NCBI RefSeq assembly: GCF_022045235.1
Contig: NW_027266264.1
Span: 26,970,001-27,034,000, forward strand
From: Haliotis cracherodii
Taxonomy: Eukaryota
Direction: 5' to 3'
DNA length: 64,000 nt
The translations under genes and the position numbers were made by a program. Under the pieces are notes generated by a model. It was given only the letters and a program-made list of their open reading frames with translations, made no database searches and was not told where the DNA came from. Within the stretch, counting starts at the first letter, position 1. Every line of letters begins with the position of its first letter. This document shows, piece by piece, positions 50,606 to 62,384 of the stretch.

Positions 50606-51275
50606 TTAATCAAAGTTTGTTTGTTTGTTTCTTGTTTAACGCTGCACTTAGCAATATTCCAGCTATATGACTTAATCAAAGTTTGTTTGTTTGTGTCTTG
50701 TTTAACACTGCACTCAGCAATATTCCAGCTATATGACTTAATCAAAGTTTGTTTGTTTGTTTCTTGTTTAACGCTGCACTCAGCAATATTCCAGCTATAT
50801 GACTTAATCAAATTTTGTTTGTTTGTTTCTTGTTTAATGCTGCACTCAGCAATATTCCAGCTATATGACTTAATCAAATTTTGTTTGTTTGTGTCTTGTT
50901 TAACACTGCACTCAGCAATATTCCAGCTATATGAGTTAATCAAAGTTTGTTTGTTTGTGTCTTGTTTAATGCTGCACTCAGCAATATTCCAGCTATATGA
51001 CTTAATCAAATTTTGTTTGTTTGTTTCTTGTTTAATGCTGCACTCAGCAATATTCCAGCTATATGACTTAATCAAATTTTGTTTGTTTGTGTCTTGTTTA
51101 ACACTGCACTCAGCAATATTCCAGCTATATGAGTTAATCAAAGTTTGTTTGTTTGTGTCTTGTTTAACACTGCACTCAGCAATATTCCAGCTATATGACT
51201 TAATCAAAGTTTGTTTGTTTGTGTCTTGTTTAACACTGCACTCAGCAATTTTCCAGCTATATGACTTAATCAAAG
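50606..51275. repeat. 66 bp x10 tandem array of a SINE 3' tail
   Basis: Unit ttaatcaaag + tttgtttgtttg...cactcagcaatattccagctatatgac; 670 = 10x66 + 10. Confidence 0.97.
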
Positions 51276-52477
51276 CATCTTTTAGGCATCAGAAACAGTA
51301 ATGATTTTGAACCAAATTGAACAAAAGGATCATGCTCTGAAACTGTACCCCACAGAACATTCTCCTGGGAAGAGATGCTGGAGAATGTGTTATGATATAT
51401 AGTTCCCTTAGGTTCGTACATTCCTTATGTGAACTATATTCATTACAGATTTTGGTCAACAGACAGTCATGATTCTGAACCAAATGGACTAAAACGTCCT
51501 CCTAAACCCTAAACTGTGAAACTTATATACCTCTGACAACAAAATTTAATTCTCTCTCGGGAAGAGGAGCTCACACTGGTTTATGTTACAAATGTCCTAA
51601 GGGGTGGTACATTTTCGCTTTTTTACTAATGCGAACCATATTTAGGACCTCACCAGAAGTTCAGAGCCTGTACTGTGTAGCACAACAGGCAGGAATTTCA
51701 TCAGATCTTCTCTTCAGGTGATAAAACCCCCACAGTGTAAATGTACATCAACACTTCCTTGAAGTTAAACCACTAGTTCCCCATACAGCCTATTTCATAC
51801 CATAAGAAACACCAAGGATCAGTCAAGGAAGATACTGATTTCACAAAGATATTTTGGGGGGCAAAAAGCTGTATTCTAGCCAGTACTTAAGTAGGGCACC
51901 TCAGTGAATTGTGGACTGAAGGACACCTCTGAATGATAAGCTAAATAGGGCACACTCCTGAATGATAATCTAAGACCCTCACTGAATCATAAACTGGGTC
52001 ACTATGAATTTTTAACAAGGATATGTCAGCGACTTGATGCAGACATGATATTTTCTTGTCATACAGGACGGTGTTATCATTGAAACCAAACATTGTGGTA
52101 CAAGGTAACAGTTCGTATCCCCTCCTTTTCTTCATGTTCATTACTACAAAGTATGTGATAAATGAAATATCTCCCACCACTTATTCCATAAGATTCCTTG
52201 AATGCCCGGAGATAATGAAACAGTAACACTGAAGAAGACGAAGGTAGCCCAGCTTATAAGGATGTAGATAATGGAGGTTACATTGAAGGGGTCAGATTGC
52301 ATTCAGCTTCGGCTCACTGAACCCCCACTTTCCTTAATGATGACATACTTCAGTGATTCTCATCAATACAAAAATGACTTAAAAACTGGGTACAGTTATG
52401 GACAGAGAGGGAATTTTTCCTTTTCCTTGTCATTTGCATGACTTCATTGGTTTGTTAGGGACTAAACTTGCTGGAAT

Positions 52478-52644
52478 GAGTGAGTGAGTGAGTATGGTTT
52501 TATGCCGCTTTTAGCAATTTTCCAGCAATATCATGGCAGGGGACACCATAAATGGGCTTCAAACATTGTACCAATGTTGGAAATCGAACCCGGGTATTTG
52601 GTGTGATGAGCGAACACCTTACCACTAGGCTATCCAACCGTCCC
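52478..52644 (-). mobile_element. SINE family A
   Basis: Full-length consensus; flanking ctaaacttgc duplication. Confidence 0.9.
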
Positions 52645-52825
52645 TAAACTTGCGTTGAAAAAAACTGGGTTGACCAAAATTGTTTCAGTTACCAATGGGA
52701 TTAGTGCCACAGAAAGATCCCAGAAAATATGTTAGACAAAAGTGTCTTGAACAAATTCTACTGTTACACAGGTGTGTGTTTTTAATATTTCAAACACTTG
52801 GGTCATTGTATGAATATCATCTAAT

Positions 52826-53416
52826 TAGGGCTGGGATGGGTAATTTGGGTACTTGGTTGGGTGGGTCCTGAGTAGGACCCAGGTACCCACAGGACTACCC
52901 GGACCCGTGGTTAGTCACATGATAAATTGTTGAATGACAAAAACTCAATTTTGCTCAGTGGTCACACTACAAGTCGCTAATGTTCACATGCACACATTTG
53001 TTATGACTTGTATATGTTTGAGTAAAGATAAAGCTTCAGTCAACTTCAGCGAACGCATGATCTGATTGTTTGACACATGTATCTAAACAGTTTTAGCCAG
53101 GGCTGCAGCAAAACAATTACCAATCAGACATTTTGTTTCCTACTCTTGAGACTTGCAGTGATAACCCGGGTAGTGAGTGAGTGAGTGAGTGAGTATGGTT
53201 TTACGCCGCTTTTAGCAATATTCCAGCAATATCACGGCGGGGGACACCAGAAATGGGCTTCACACATTGTACCCAAGTCGGGAATCGAACCCGGGTCTTC
53301 GGCGTGACGAGCGAACGCTTTAACCACCAGGCTACCCGACCGCCCCTAACCCGGGTAGGGTCGGGTAATAGCGGGCTGGGTACCTGGGTTGTAAATTTGG
53401 ACTCGTCTCAGCCCTA
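52826..53416. mobile_element. hAT-like MITE
   Basis: TIR TAGGGCTGGGA/TCTCAGCCCTA; 8-bp flanks catctaat and cttcttat (6/8); subterminal ACCCG/GGGTAC repeats. Confidence 0.75.
53174..53346 (-). mobile_element. SINE family A, young copy nested in a hAT-like MITE
   Basis: CpG-rich, intact A/B boxes, GTC anticodon-like loop; 12-bp TSD taacccgggtag. Confidence 0.95.
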
Positions 53417-54658
53417 CTTCTTATGTTCTACCACCTAAGGGAAGCTTGATGAATGTCTGGTGAAAAGTACACAGTTTGGGAGACAAATTGTCCTGTACAC
53501 AAGTTGTTGGGCAAGAAATCACAAATGAATAGGAAGTCAATCATCTCACTCTGCTACTTCGCAACGCAATGTGTCAACATTCACCTCAAGGCTCATTTTC
53601 CCAACCCGAGAAGTAGATAAAACACATGCAGAAATTTGAAAGAAAATATTTGGCATATTCCAACAGGCCATTTGTAACTTCATGCTAGTTTTACTCATAT
53701 CTTTCAACACTGCCAATGGACTTCTGAACACATACTCACAGCTGGAATAACTTCGGCTGCCAGGACAGAGATTTCACACCTAACAACCCTCCCTGTCAAA
53801 TATTTCAGGGGAATTTTCTGCCTCAATTTCTATGATCAGTGATTTGCAAGGATCTGAGAGAGCTACACCACTCGGAACATGGAGATAGGCATCTCCTGGA
53901 TGCTTCCAAACAAGGCTTATGTTCCCCCACGCTGCGAGGGGACGAGCACCTGTATACAATCTCTGTACAATCAACACTGGAATCTTAGCTCCTTGGAAAT
54001 CTATCTCATTGTCTACCATCAGAAATCACTCAGGTCTGAAAATATCAATTTCTTCCGACTCAAGTTTACTCATCACAACCAATATACATCCCTCCCTTGC
54101 TTTAAGGTACCTGTTACATCCCCTGACGCTCCACTTCCTTTTCTCTTTCTATTGCTTTTTCCTCCTCCAACAACATGCCGGAACCTATTCCTCCATTATC
54201 CATTCACATTCTTGACTAATGCTTCTGTAGCGTAGCAAAATTGAGTAAATATTTTAGTAAATGTCATTGTAAATCTCATATATGGAAAAGCGTGTTAAAT
54301 CTAAATTTCTTGTGGTTTACCATGAAAAGTTACTTTTGGATCATCTGCCCTTGGGGAGGATAAATTGGGGAATGAATTATCATTAGCATAAGAACAGCCT
54401 TGTCAGTGGTCTGTGGCTTCGGGGCATTTTTATAAAACATACTTCTCAATCAAAGGAGCATGTCATAACGTAATAGGCACATTAATTCCTTGAGTTTCAG
54501 AACCAAATACATGACTTCCTGTCAGGTTTCACAAAAACACATTGCTTTCATCAAAACCATGTCTTTTTTTCATGCTCCTTTCCTTCCAGTTTCAGAATTC
54601 CATCCAAGACTGATGGACTCATATAAACATGTTCCTTTCTCTGCATCTGAATAAGTGA

Positions 54659-55125
54659 GTTTGTTTGTTTGTTTGTTGTTTAAAGCCACACTCAGCAATA
54701 TTCCAGCTATATGACGGCAGTCTGTAAATAATCATGTCTGGACCAGACAATCCAGTGATTGACATCAAGAGCATCGTTTCACACAATTGGGATACAATGA
54801 CATGCATCAACCAAGTCAGCGAGCCTGACCACCCGATCCCATAAGTCGCCTCTTACGACAAGCATAGCTGCCTTTTACCATCTGTAAGTAATCATGTTGG
54901 AGCAATACCTTCAAGAGCAATGATCAATGCCTTCGTGGTATTACTGAACAAACCATCCAGTAACACAGTGTAACAACCAAATCCTTGTGAGTCAGCCTTT
55001 ATAACAAGTATGAGCTGTATGGACCTATTCTGCCCTGGATTCCTAACACGGGTGGCATTTGTAGAGTATTCCTGGTCACAATGTATTCCAACCACCTGAA
55101 GACCTATCCTACCCCGGATCTTCAC
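54659..55125 (-). mobile_element. Family B chimeric subfamily, copy 2
   Basis: Same insert, followed by the normal B head (gaagacctatcctaccccggatcttca). Confidence 0.9.
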
Positions 55126-56639
55126 TGAGGACTGAATGAGACATACACCATATATACTACACACACAAAATTAAAGAAAGACATCTTTTTTCTCTTATGA
55201 CATGTCAGATTAACTATAGTCAAATGGAAACAATTGGATTTCTTTAACTTCTTTTGAGCAGTATATAACAGTAAGGGTGTAAGGGCTGCTTAACGTTACG
55301 AATCACGATCTCACAACACAGGATGTAAGCCTCTTAACATAATGTCCGGGAAGGGATGGACGTGTGAGTGATGTGTCGTCCATAATGGGACGCAACACCA
55401 ACACACCTGAACATCACCTCTACCATCAAATCTGATTTACTGCAAATTACAACACATTAAAATGTCATGAACACTTTCTCATATCTACAAGCTCACAAAG
55501 CTAATTATCATGAAACCTCTCAAATTTCACATACTTTTATAATCCATGTTAAGGCCTTGTTATAACACAAGATCTGTTTCCACTCGCCACCATCATACCC
55601 CGAGTTCAAAATAATTTTGAGGACTCCTGGGGTCCTTGAGGTTTGTTAAAGATGTCTGAATCTAGATACCCTAAATCCTTAATCCTTAACATAGGGGTTA
55701 TGATAAGAATCTTGATTCACATCCTTAATTTCTAACTCAGTACACCCACTCTATTGACCTTCATGTTTCAACACAGAAATTCGTCTCTGTTTGCCCTTTA
55801 CCTTCAACAGTACAACCTGTTAAACTTCATGACTTGTCAGCTTGAGCTTGAGGCTGGAAGTTAGCCTTGCTCCAAGGCTGTACTGAAAGATAAGTCTATA
55901 TATGTGTAGTAATTCTATGCTTACAATAGGCAAGTCTAGATAAGCGGACTGTTCCATAGACACCACTCTCTTATGGAGACAACTTTTTATTATTATTTAT
56001 ACAATCTAGAAACAATGATTTAATCTTATGATTATTGCTCTCAAGACTTGTGCAAGTTTAGCTGGAAGTGTGACGCTGTTATCTCCAGCAGTCTAGACAC
56101 TACCTTATTCCTGAGCTGGGGTCCCCCTTGCCCCTTTGTTCTGCCATAAACACCAACCCCAACCAGGCTACTATCTTCTCCTGTCTCTTTAAGCTTGTAA
56201 TTGTAGGCTTGGACAAGATGTTATGTTGACGATAACTGAAGATGAATCGCAACTTGTGAAAATAGTCTACTTAATGACGGGAAAAACACAATGTCTCGGA
56301 TCTACTAATGCTCTGTGAATTCTGTACGAGTGTTAAATTATCACTTACAGGACACACAAGCTCGAACCACCGACACACACAAATAAAGTAGGTGTACATG
56401 ATGGACAGTGTGCCGCAGTGGGTGACACCTTCGCCAGGTCCTCAGATTGGAGAGATGGATCATTCAGCGAAATCATTCAGAGAAATCATTCACCTCCCTT
56501 TATCTATGTGTAAAAGATACTTAGCTGTTTAAGATAATTTCCAAAGTTAAAGCTTATCACGAAATGAACACCGCCTGAGGAAGAGGAAACTATTTAACAC
56601 TACTGGAACCTTGTGCATGTATGTTATATGTATGAGTGT

Positions 56640-56975
56640 GTTTGTTTGTTCATTGTTTAACGCCACACTCAGCAATATTCCAGTTATATGACGGCGATCT
56701 GTAAATAATTGAGTCTGGACCAGACAATCAAGTGATTGATATCTTGAGCATCAATCCGTGCAATTGGGATACGATTCTGTAAATAATTGAGTCTGGACCA
56801 GACAATCAAGTGATTGATATCTTGAGCATCAATCCGTGCAATTGGGATACGATGACATGCATCAAGTCTGCAAGCCTGACCAGCCAATCCCTTAAGTCGC
56901 CTCTTACGACAAGCAAAGTCGCCTGTTACTGCAAGTATGGGTTACTGAGGATCTATTCAACCTGGATCTTCACAG
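56640..56975 (-). mobile_element. Family B with internal 78-bp tandem duplication
   Basis: tctgtaaataattgagtc at 56698 and 56776. Confidence 0.9.
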
Positions 56976-57073
56976 TTCTGTTACATGTGAAGAAGGTGGG
57001 TTTAACATCTACAGTCCTGGAGTGTTTGCTTACTCATAATTGTGTGTATAAAATTGGTCTTACATGGGAGCAA

Positions 57074-57486
57074 GTTGAGTATTTTATTTATTACTTGCCG
57101 TTTATAACTTTAAAAAAAATTTGCTGTTGTGTATGAAAAGGCAGACATATACACAATCCACAGCATAATCCAATTGAGTTTAACAGAAAAATACTTGAAA
57201 CATGTCAAAAGTTGACACATATCAATTTAATACAACACTTTCAGAGTTCAGGGGTTCGTTCCACAAAGCTGTCATAGCACTCGTTGAGTATTTTATTTAT
57301 TACTTGCCGTTTATAACTTTTTAAAAAAATTGCTGTTGTGTATGAAAAGGCAGACATATACACAATCCACAGCATAATCCAATTGAGTTTAACAGAAAAT
57401 TACTTGAAACATGTCAAAAGTTGACACATATCAATTTAATACAACACTTTCAGAGTTCAGGGGTTCGTTCCACAAAGCTATCATAG
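57074..57486. repeat. 209 bp direct tandem duplication
   Basis: gttgagtattttatttattacttgccg at 57074 and 57283; near-identical copies. Confidence 0.95.
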
Positions 57487-57566
57487 GTTAAGGTTATCTT
57501 AACTCCCATACTTTAACATAGACTTACAACTATCGTTGCGCTATGTGCACCTGGTGGAACAGAGCC
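57461..57566. mobile_element. Diverged copy of the same Harbinger-type MITE
   Basis: Internal tcccatactttaacatag; flanked by CAG and CTG. Confidence 0.75.
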
Positions 57567-58461
57567 CTGCACCACAAAGTTTACAATCACATCACAATAC
57601 ACTGTAACATAATTTGTGAAAGTTTGTTGCAAGACCAACCCCTGAAACAATGCCATGTGACGTCAGCCATGTGATGTCATCGAGTGTGCATAAGCTCCTC
57701 GCAGTGATCTATCATCTCGACATGTCGTTGAACTTGCCAATGCTGAGAGGTTTCAATATTTGTTAGTGAAACTTGTCCATCAGTACATAAGCACACGCTT
57801 TGGTATGAAACACTGTGTAATGCCAGCTTATTGTTATTAAACGGGGGATCTCTTCACGTAATAAATGTACAGATTACACATCCAGGCATAGCTCTGTGCA
57901 GTAACACATGACAGTAACACATCCTGGCATACCTCTGTACTTTCTCTCCCTATACAGCTCCACACTTCCTCAAACGTCTGGCATTGCTGAGTGAGACATT
58001 TGGTATGAACTCTGACCCATGCGTTTGTTTTGTACATCCAGGCACAAGATAAATCACGGATCACCTGTTGGGGCCGCCTGTCTGGTTGTACAGATCATGA
58101 TGTTACCAGACACGGCGGGGTTGCACAACAGCTGCACCGAGGCCACAATGACAAGGGTTTGTGTGCTTGTAACATTTGCTCTCACTGACTTCCTTGTCCA
58201 AAATTACCCCTGATGCAATTTCCTATGGGTTCAGACAAGTTGCATTTGTGATTGATTTTGCAATAATTCCCAGGGCAGGGTTTAAATCAAAGGCATTTTC
58301 AGATTGTCTGTAAAGTTATTCATTTGATAAAAGAACAAAAGTGCCGTCTTTCAGAACAATGTGCAGGTTATGATACTACAGAACAGAGACAAACAAATAT
58401 TCTCATACTGTGGTAATGATGTGTAGATCGAAATACTGTAGACACAATGTGATACCTTGTG

Positions 58462-58919
58462 TGAATGAGTGAGTTGGGTCTAACGCCACTTTTAACAGTA
58501 TTCCAGTTATATTGCTGCATGTCAGCTTAATGTGGGAGGAAAGCCCGAAGTGATGCAGTTATCATGGTTAACATTTATACTAAGTTATCTTATAATAATT
58601 AGATCTACATCAAGTGCTTTTATGAGTTATCATGGTGTAATATCTATACATCATTTCATATAATTATAGTTTAGCAAGCACTTGATGTAGATCTAATTAT
58701 TATAAGATAACTTAGTATAAATGTTAACCATGATACAGGTCTCGGGAGTTTACCACTTCGATGAAACTCACAAGCACGGGTATGGTGCTGACAAACCTAG
58801 AAACATAATCGGGGCAAACCGTGATTTGAACCCACAATCATAGGTTTCTGGCGTGCCCAAGGGACACAACTCTGCACAGCGTATCTCAGCGCCTTAGACG
58901 ACTGGGCCATCCGCTACCC
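58462..58919 (-). mobile_element. SINE family C interrupted by a palindromic insert
   Basis: 11-bp TSD gataccttgtg (58451-58461 and 58920-58930). Confidence 0.92.
58560..58735. repeat. Perfect 60-bp inverted repeat with 56-nt spacer
   Basis: 58560-58619 is the exact reverse complement of 58676-58735. Confidence 0.96.
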
Positions 58920-59936
58920 GATACCTTGTGCGACACAATACTCATGCTGAGATACATATTGCCAACATGTATTTAAAATCAAATCCATATTGCAACATAA
59001 GAAGAGAAAGACCATACAAAACAACTTCATACCATCTGAACAAATTCAGATGTAGAAAATAGTTTCAGCTGGATTTTGCATTTGGATGTTTTTAAGATAA
59101 GAAAGGTAAAAATAATTCAGAATCATTTGCAGGTTATAGTTTTTTGCAAATGGATGCATTTTTATTTTATCAACTGATAATCATTTCTGGTTGCAATTTT
59201 GTACTTCCCTGACCCCACTTGAGAGCACACTATCTGCTGAGACAATCACACAAAGTACTGTCTGTCCAGCCTATGAGAAGTCCGGTGTGTGAGTCAGTGT
59301 GGACCACACAGCTGACTGTTGAGTGTGTTTCTCCAACAGCTCGTAACCCCTGCTGAAAGGCAACACTTAGTATTGCCTCGATCACTTACCCACAAATCCC
59401 TGCCTATATAGTCAGGTGCTTTCAGCTAGATTTTCCCACAAATCTGACGCATATCCATCCTTCAGAAAGCAGAATATTCAGCCCTTTGCGACTCGTTTTT
59501 TTTCCCCAATAACAACTTGGGATTCTGCCATAAATATAATCTCCTACACATTAAAGCAAGCTTTTTTTTGAGAAAGTGATAATTTCATTTCAATATGTAT
59601 CCAATCTTTTCACACGATCAGCTATTATCCCACGTGTGCCAGTATGAAAATATTTGAAAACCAATGTTGAAAATAACACGTAAAATCTGTAAGGTATACT
59701 GCATCTAACGTTGGCGGACACGACTACTCTAATTGGAAACATTTCCTATCTACTTGACATGGCAATTTTCATCCAGGGAGCAAACAATGTCGAAATGGGC
59801 TTTGCATAAATAGATAAACCTTTCATCGATAATTTTGATAAATAAAATAACTTAAAAGGCCTTAAAACCGAGCTGCCTCTCCTTGTAAGTGAACATGCAG
59901 GTGTCTAGTCAGTCGACAACAGTGCCTAATATAGAA

Positions 59937-60207
59937 TTTGTTTGTTTGTTCGTCTGTTGTTTAACGCTGCACTCAGAAATATTTCAGCTATATGACAGTG
60001 GTCTGTAAATAATCGAGTCTGGACAAGACAATCCAGGGATTGATATCATGAGCATCGATTCACACAGTTGAGATACGATGACATGCATCAACCAAGTCAT
60101 CGAGCCTGACCACCCGATCCAGTAAGTCACCTCTTACGACAAGCTCAGTCGCCTTTTACAGCAAGCATGGGTTGCTGAAGACCTGTCCTAACCTGGATCT
60201 TCAAGGT
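59937..60207 (-). mobile_element. Family B, near full length
   Basis: Consensus match end to end. Confidence 0.9.
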
Positions 60208-62223
60208 GAGACTTATACGACAACTTGGAAGTATGAACAAAAGTAAATGCATACACCTTCTTGAATTGTCAACAACATCATACCATAATGTCAGTGCAAG
60301 AGTCAGTCTGACGGTATTCCCTGCTGTTTTGGGGGTATCATGTGTCACAACCAGCCTGAAGGCAGTCAGCAGTGAGACCAACTAATCCCTATTTCACTAG
60401 CAACCCTAGTATGACGACACCAATCCTCAGCTGAAGACTTACAATCAAGTTTGGTCTTGACAGGATGGCAACTGCAAGAATCATATTTCTTTAAGTAAGC
60501 AGACACCTGAATGTCAAGGCGAGATGACGAGATGACCGTAGTCTTGTTGTTCATCACCAAGCTCTTATGATGGACACAGAACAAAGGAACCAGCATCATG
60601 GCTGGGGTGTTGCATATCCCCAGATTATCAGCACTGGCCCTTGGAGATGACAAACTGGCTGTAACTCTGCGGCATTTATGCAATGACTCCACAACCGGTC
60701 CTAGCATCACAGAGCCTGCATGATCCCCTTGAGAGCGAAGGATTCATACAACGGTGAGCAATATGGGGTTTGCATCTCCACACTACTGCATACATAATTG
60801 ATATATTCTATTATATAAACAAATGTTATTTTTCCTGGAGTTGTATGAAATCAAAAGAATGTTTTGGCTGGAGTAGTTCTATATTAATGCTACTCAACTA
60901 GTCTGTCATACAGACCCTGAAACAAATATATCCAATACTGCCAATGCAAGTCTATAATTCCAAAACTGCAGATGTACTTGGCCCCCTCCAACTGTGAAAC
61001 TGAATAATCAGCTCATTGTCATACGTTTTTGAGATCATAGACCTGTCTGCTCGGATTTTCTTAAAATGAGAAAAAAATATATTAAAAATCAATTTGGCTC
61101 TTATGTTTTTTCCAAGGATCATGGAAAAAGATATTTTTCAATTATGGCAAATTACTGTATTGCATGGTTGTCTGCAGCTGCTCCAGATAGCATCATTATT
61201 TCATGAAAAGAAGAAAATCCTGTGTCTGTAGAATACTGTTTGCATTATTTCTCGTCCGGTAAATAAAACATAGTAAATTCATTTGCTGATTTGGAATCCA
61301 TTTTTTTAGAATAATTTCACCCCATCTCTGCAGGATCTCGCCCATGAACTGTTTGGCCTTACAATATTTCCTACATAACATTCCAGCAGTGGCAGAATCA
61401 ATAGCCATGATATATTGGCTTAATATCACACATACAGAATGAGGTGCTTCTGTCTGGCTGGACCAATAGGGGCCCTACAATGCCCTGTCCTGGCCAATAA
61501 CCCGGGAAGAGACAGGATCTTGTTATCAGCACCAGAATCAGCCCTGATCCTTCAGCCAGGCTTTACTCCGTGACTAGTGTGACATTTGCATGCAACCTCA
61601 GAACCGGCTTAACAACACACAAATCAGTTCGTAATTAATGATATAGACTTTTGATAAGGCAGAAAACTTTGGTAACTCCCAGCTCCTCTTTCAATTTACT
61701 GGTTTCAAACACAAAGAAAGGTTTGCAGGAAGGAATGGCTTTGCTGATAGTTCCAATATATCCAACATGGCACTAGATCATGAGATGTGGTCTGATGTTC
61801 GACAGGTGGTTAGTGTTTGATGTAAACCCCACTTACTGTTTGTTCACTCACTTAGGGAGTCAGTTCTAATCTTGTTTCACAAGATCATTGTCTGAAACAA
61901 TTGCCACGACTGTCTCAATGGCACCAGGAATCAGATCGCAGCAATTTATTGGAAATAAAGCTGAATGTGCCCCACGGGGAGAGAAGGGACCCTGTGCAGG
62001 CTAGGATACAAGTTTACTTCAACTTACTTCAGTGAAAATCGCGATATATGTGTACAAAATATCTTATTTTTCTTTCGTTAGTTCATTATGTAATAAAAAC
62101 ATTATTTCAAAACTTTTCAGCAAACATGTCTACTTTAAATTAATCAGACGTATCTAAAGACTGAAGAAACAGTTATAAGACGGAAAATGAGTGCAAATGT
62201 TTGATGCCATGTATGTCTGTATT

Positions 62224-62384
62224 AGTGAGTGAGTGAGTGAGTATGGTTTTACGCCGCTTTTGGCAATATTCCAGCAATATCAGGGCGGGGGACACCAGAA
62301 ATGGGCTTCACACATTGTAACCATGTCGGGAATCGAACCCGGGTCTTTGGTGTGACGAGCGAACACTTTAACCACTAGGCTACC
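62224..62384 (-). mobile_element. SINE family A
   Basis: Consensus match; extreme 5' end missing. Confidence 0.9.

Noticed and set aside
50587-51301. 228 aa and 226 aa repeat ORFs on opposite strands
   Set aside because: By-product of the 66-bp SINE-tail array.
53270-53346. Possible tRNA-Asp gene
   Set aside because: tRNA-like head of a multi-copy SINE with body, tail and TSD; no proper acceptor stem or terminator.
53546-54235. Cluster of ORFs suggesting a nested gene or LINE remnant
   Set aside because: No recognisable RT/endonuclease or other motif; stops interrupt all frames.
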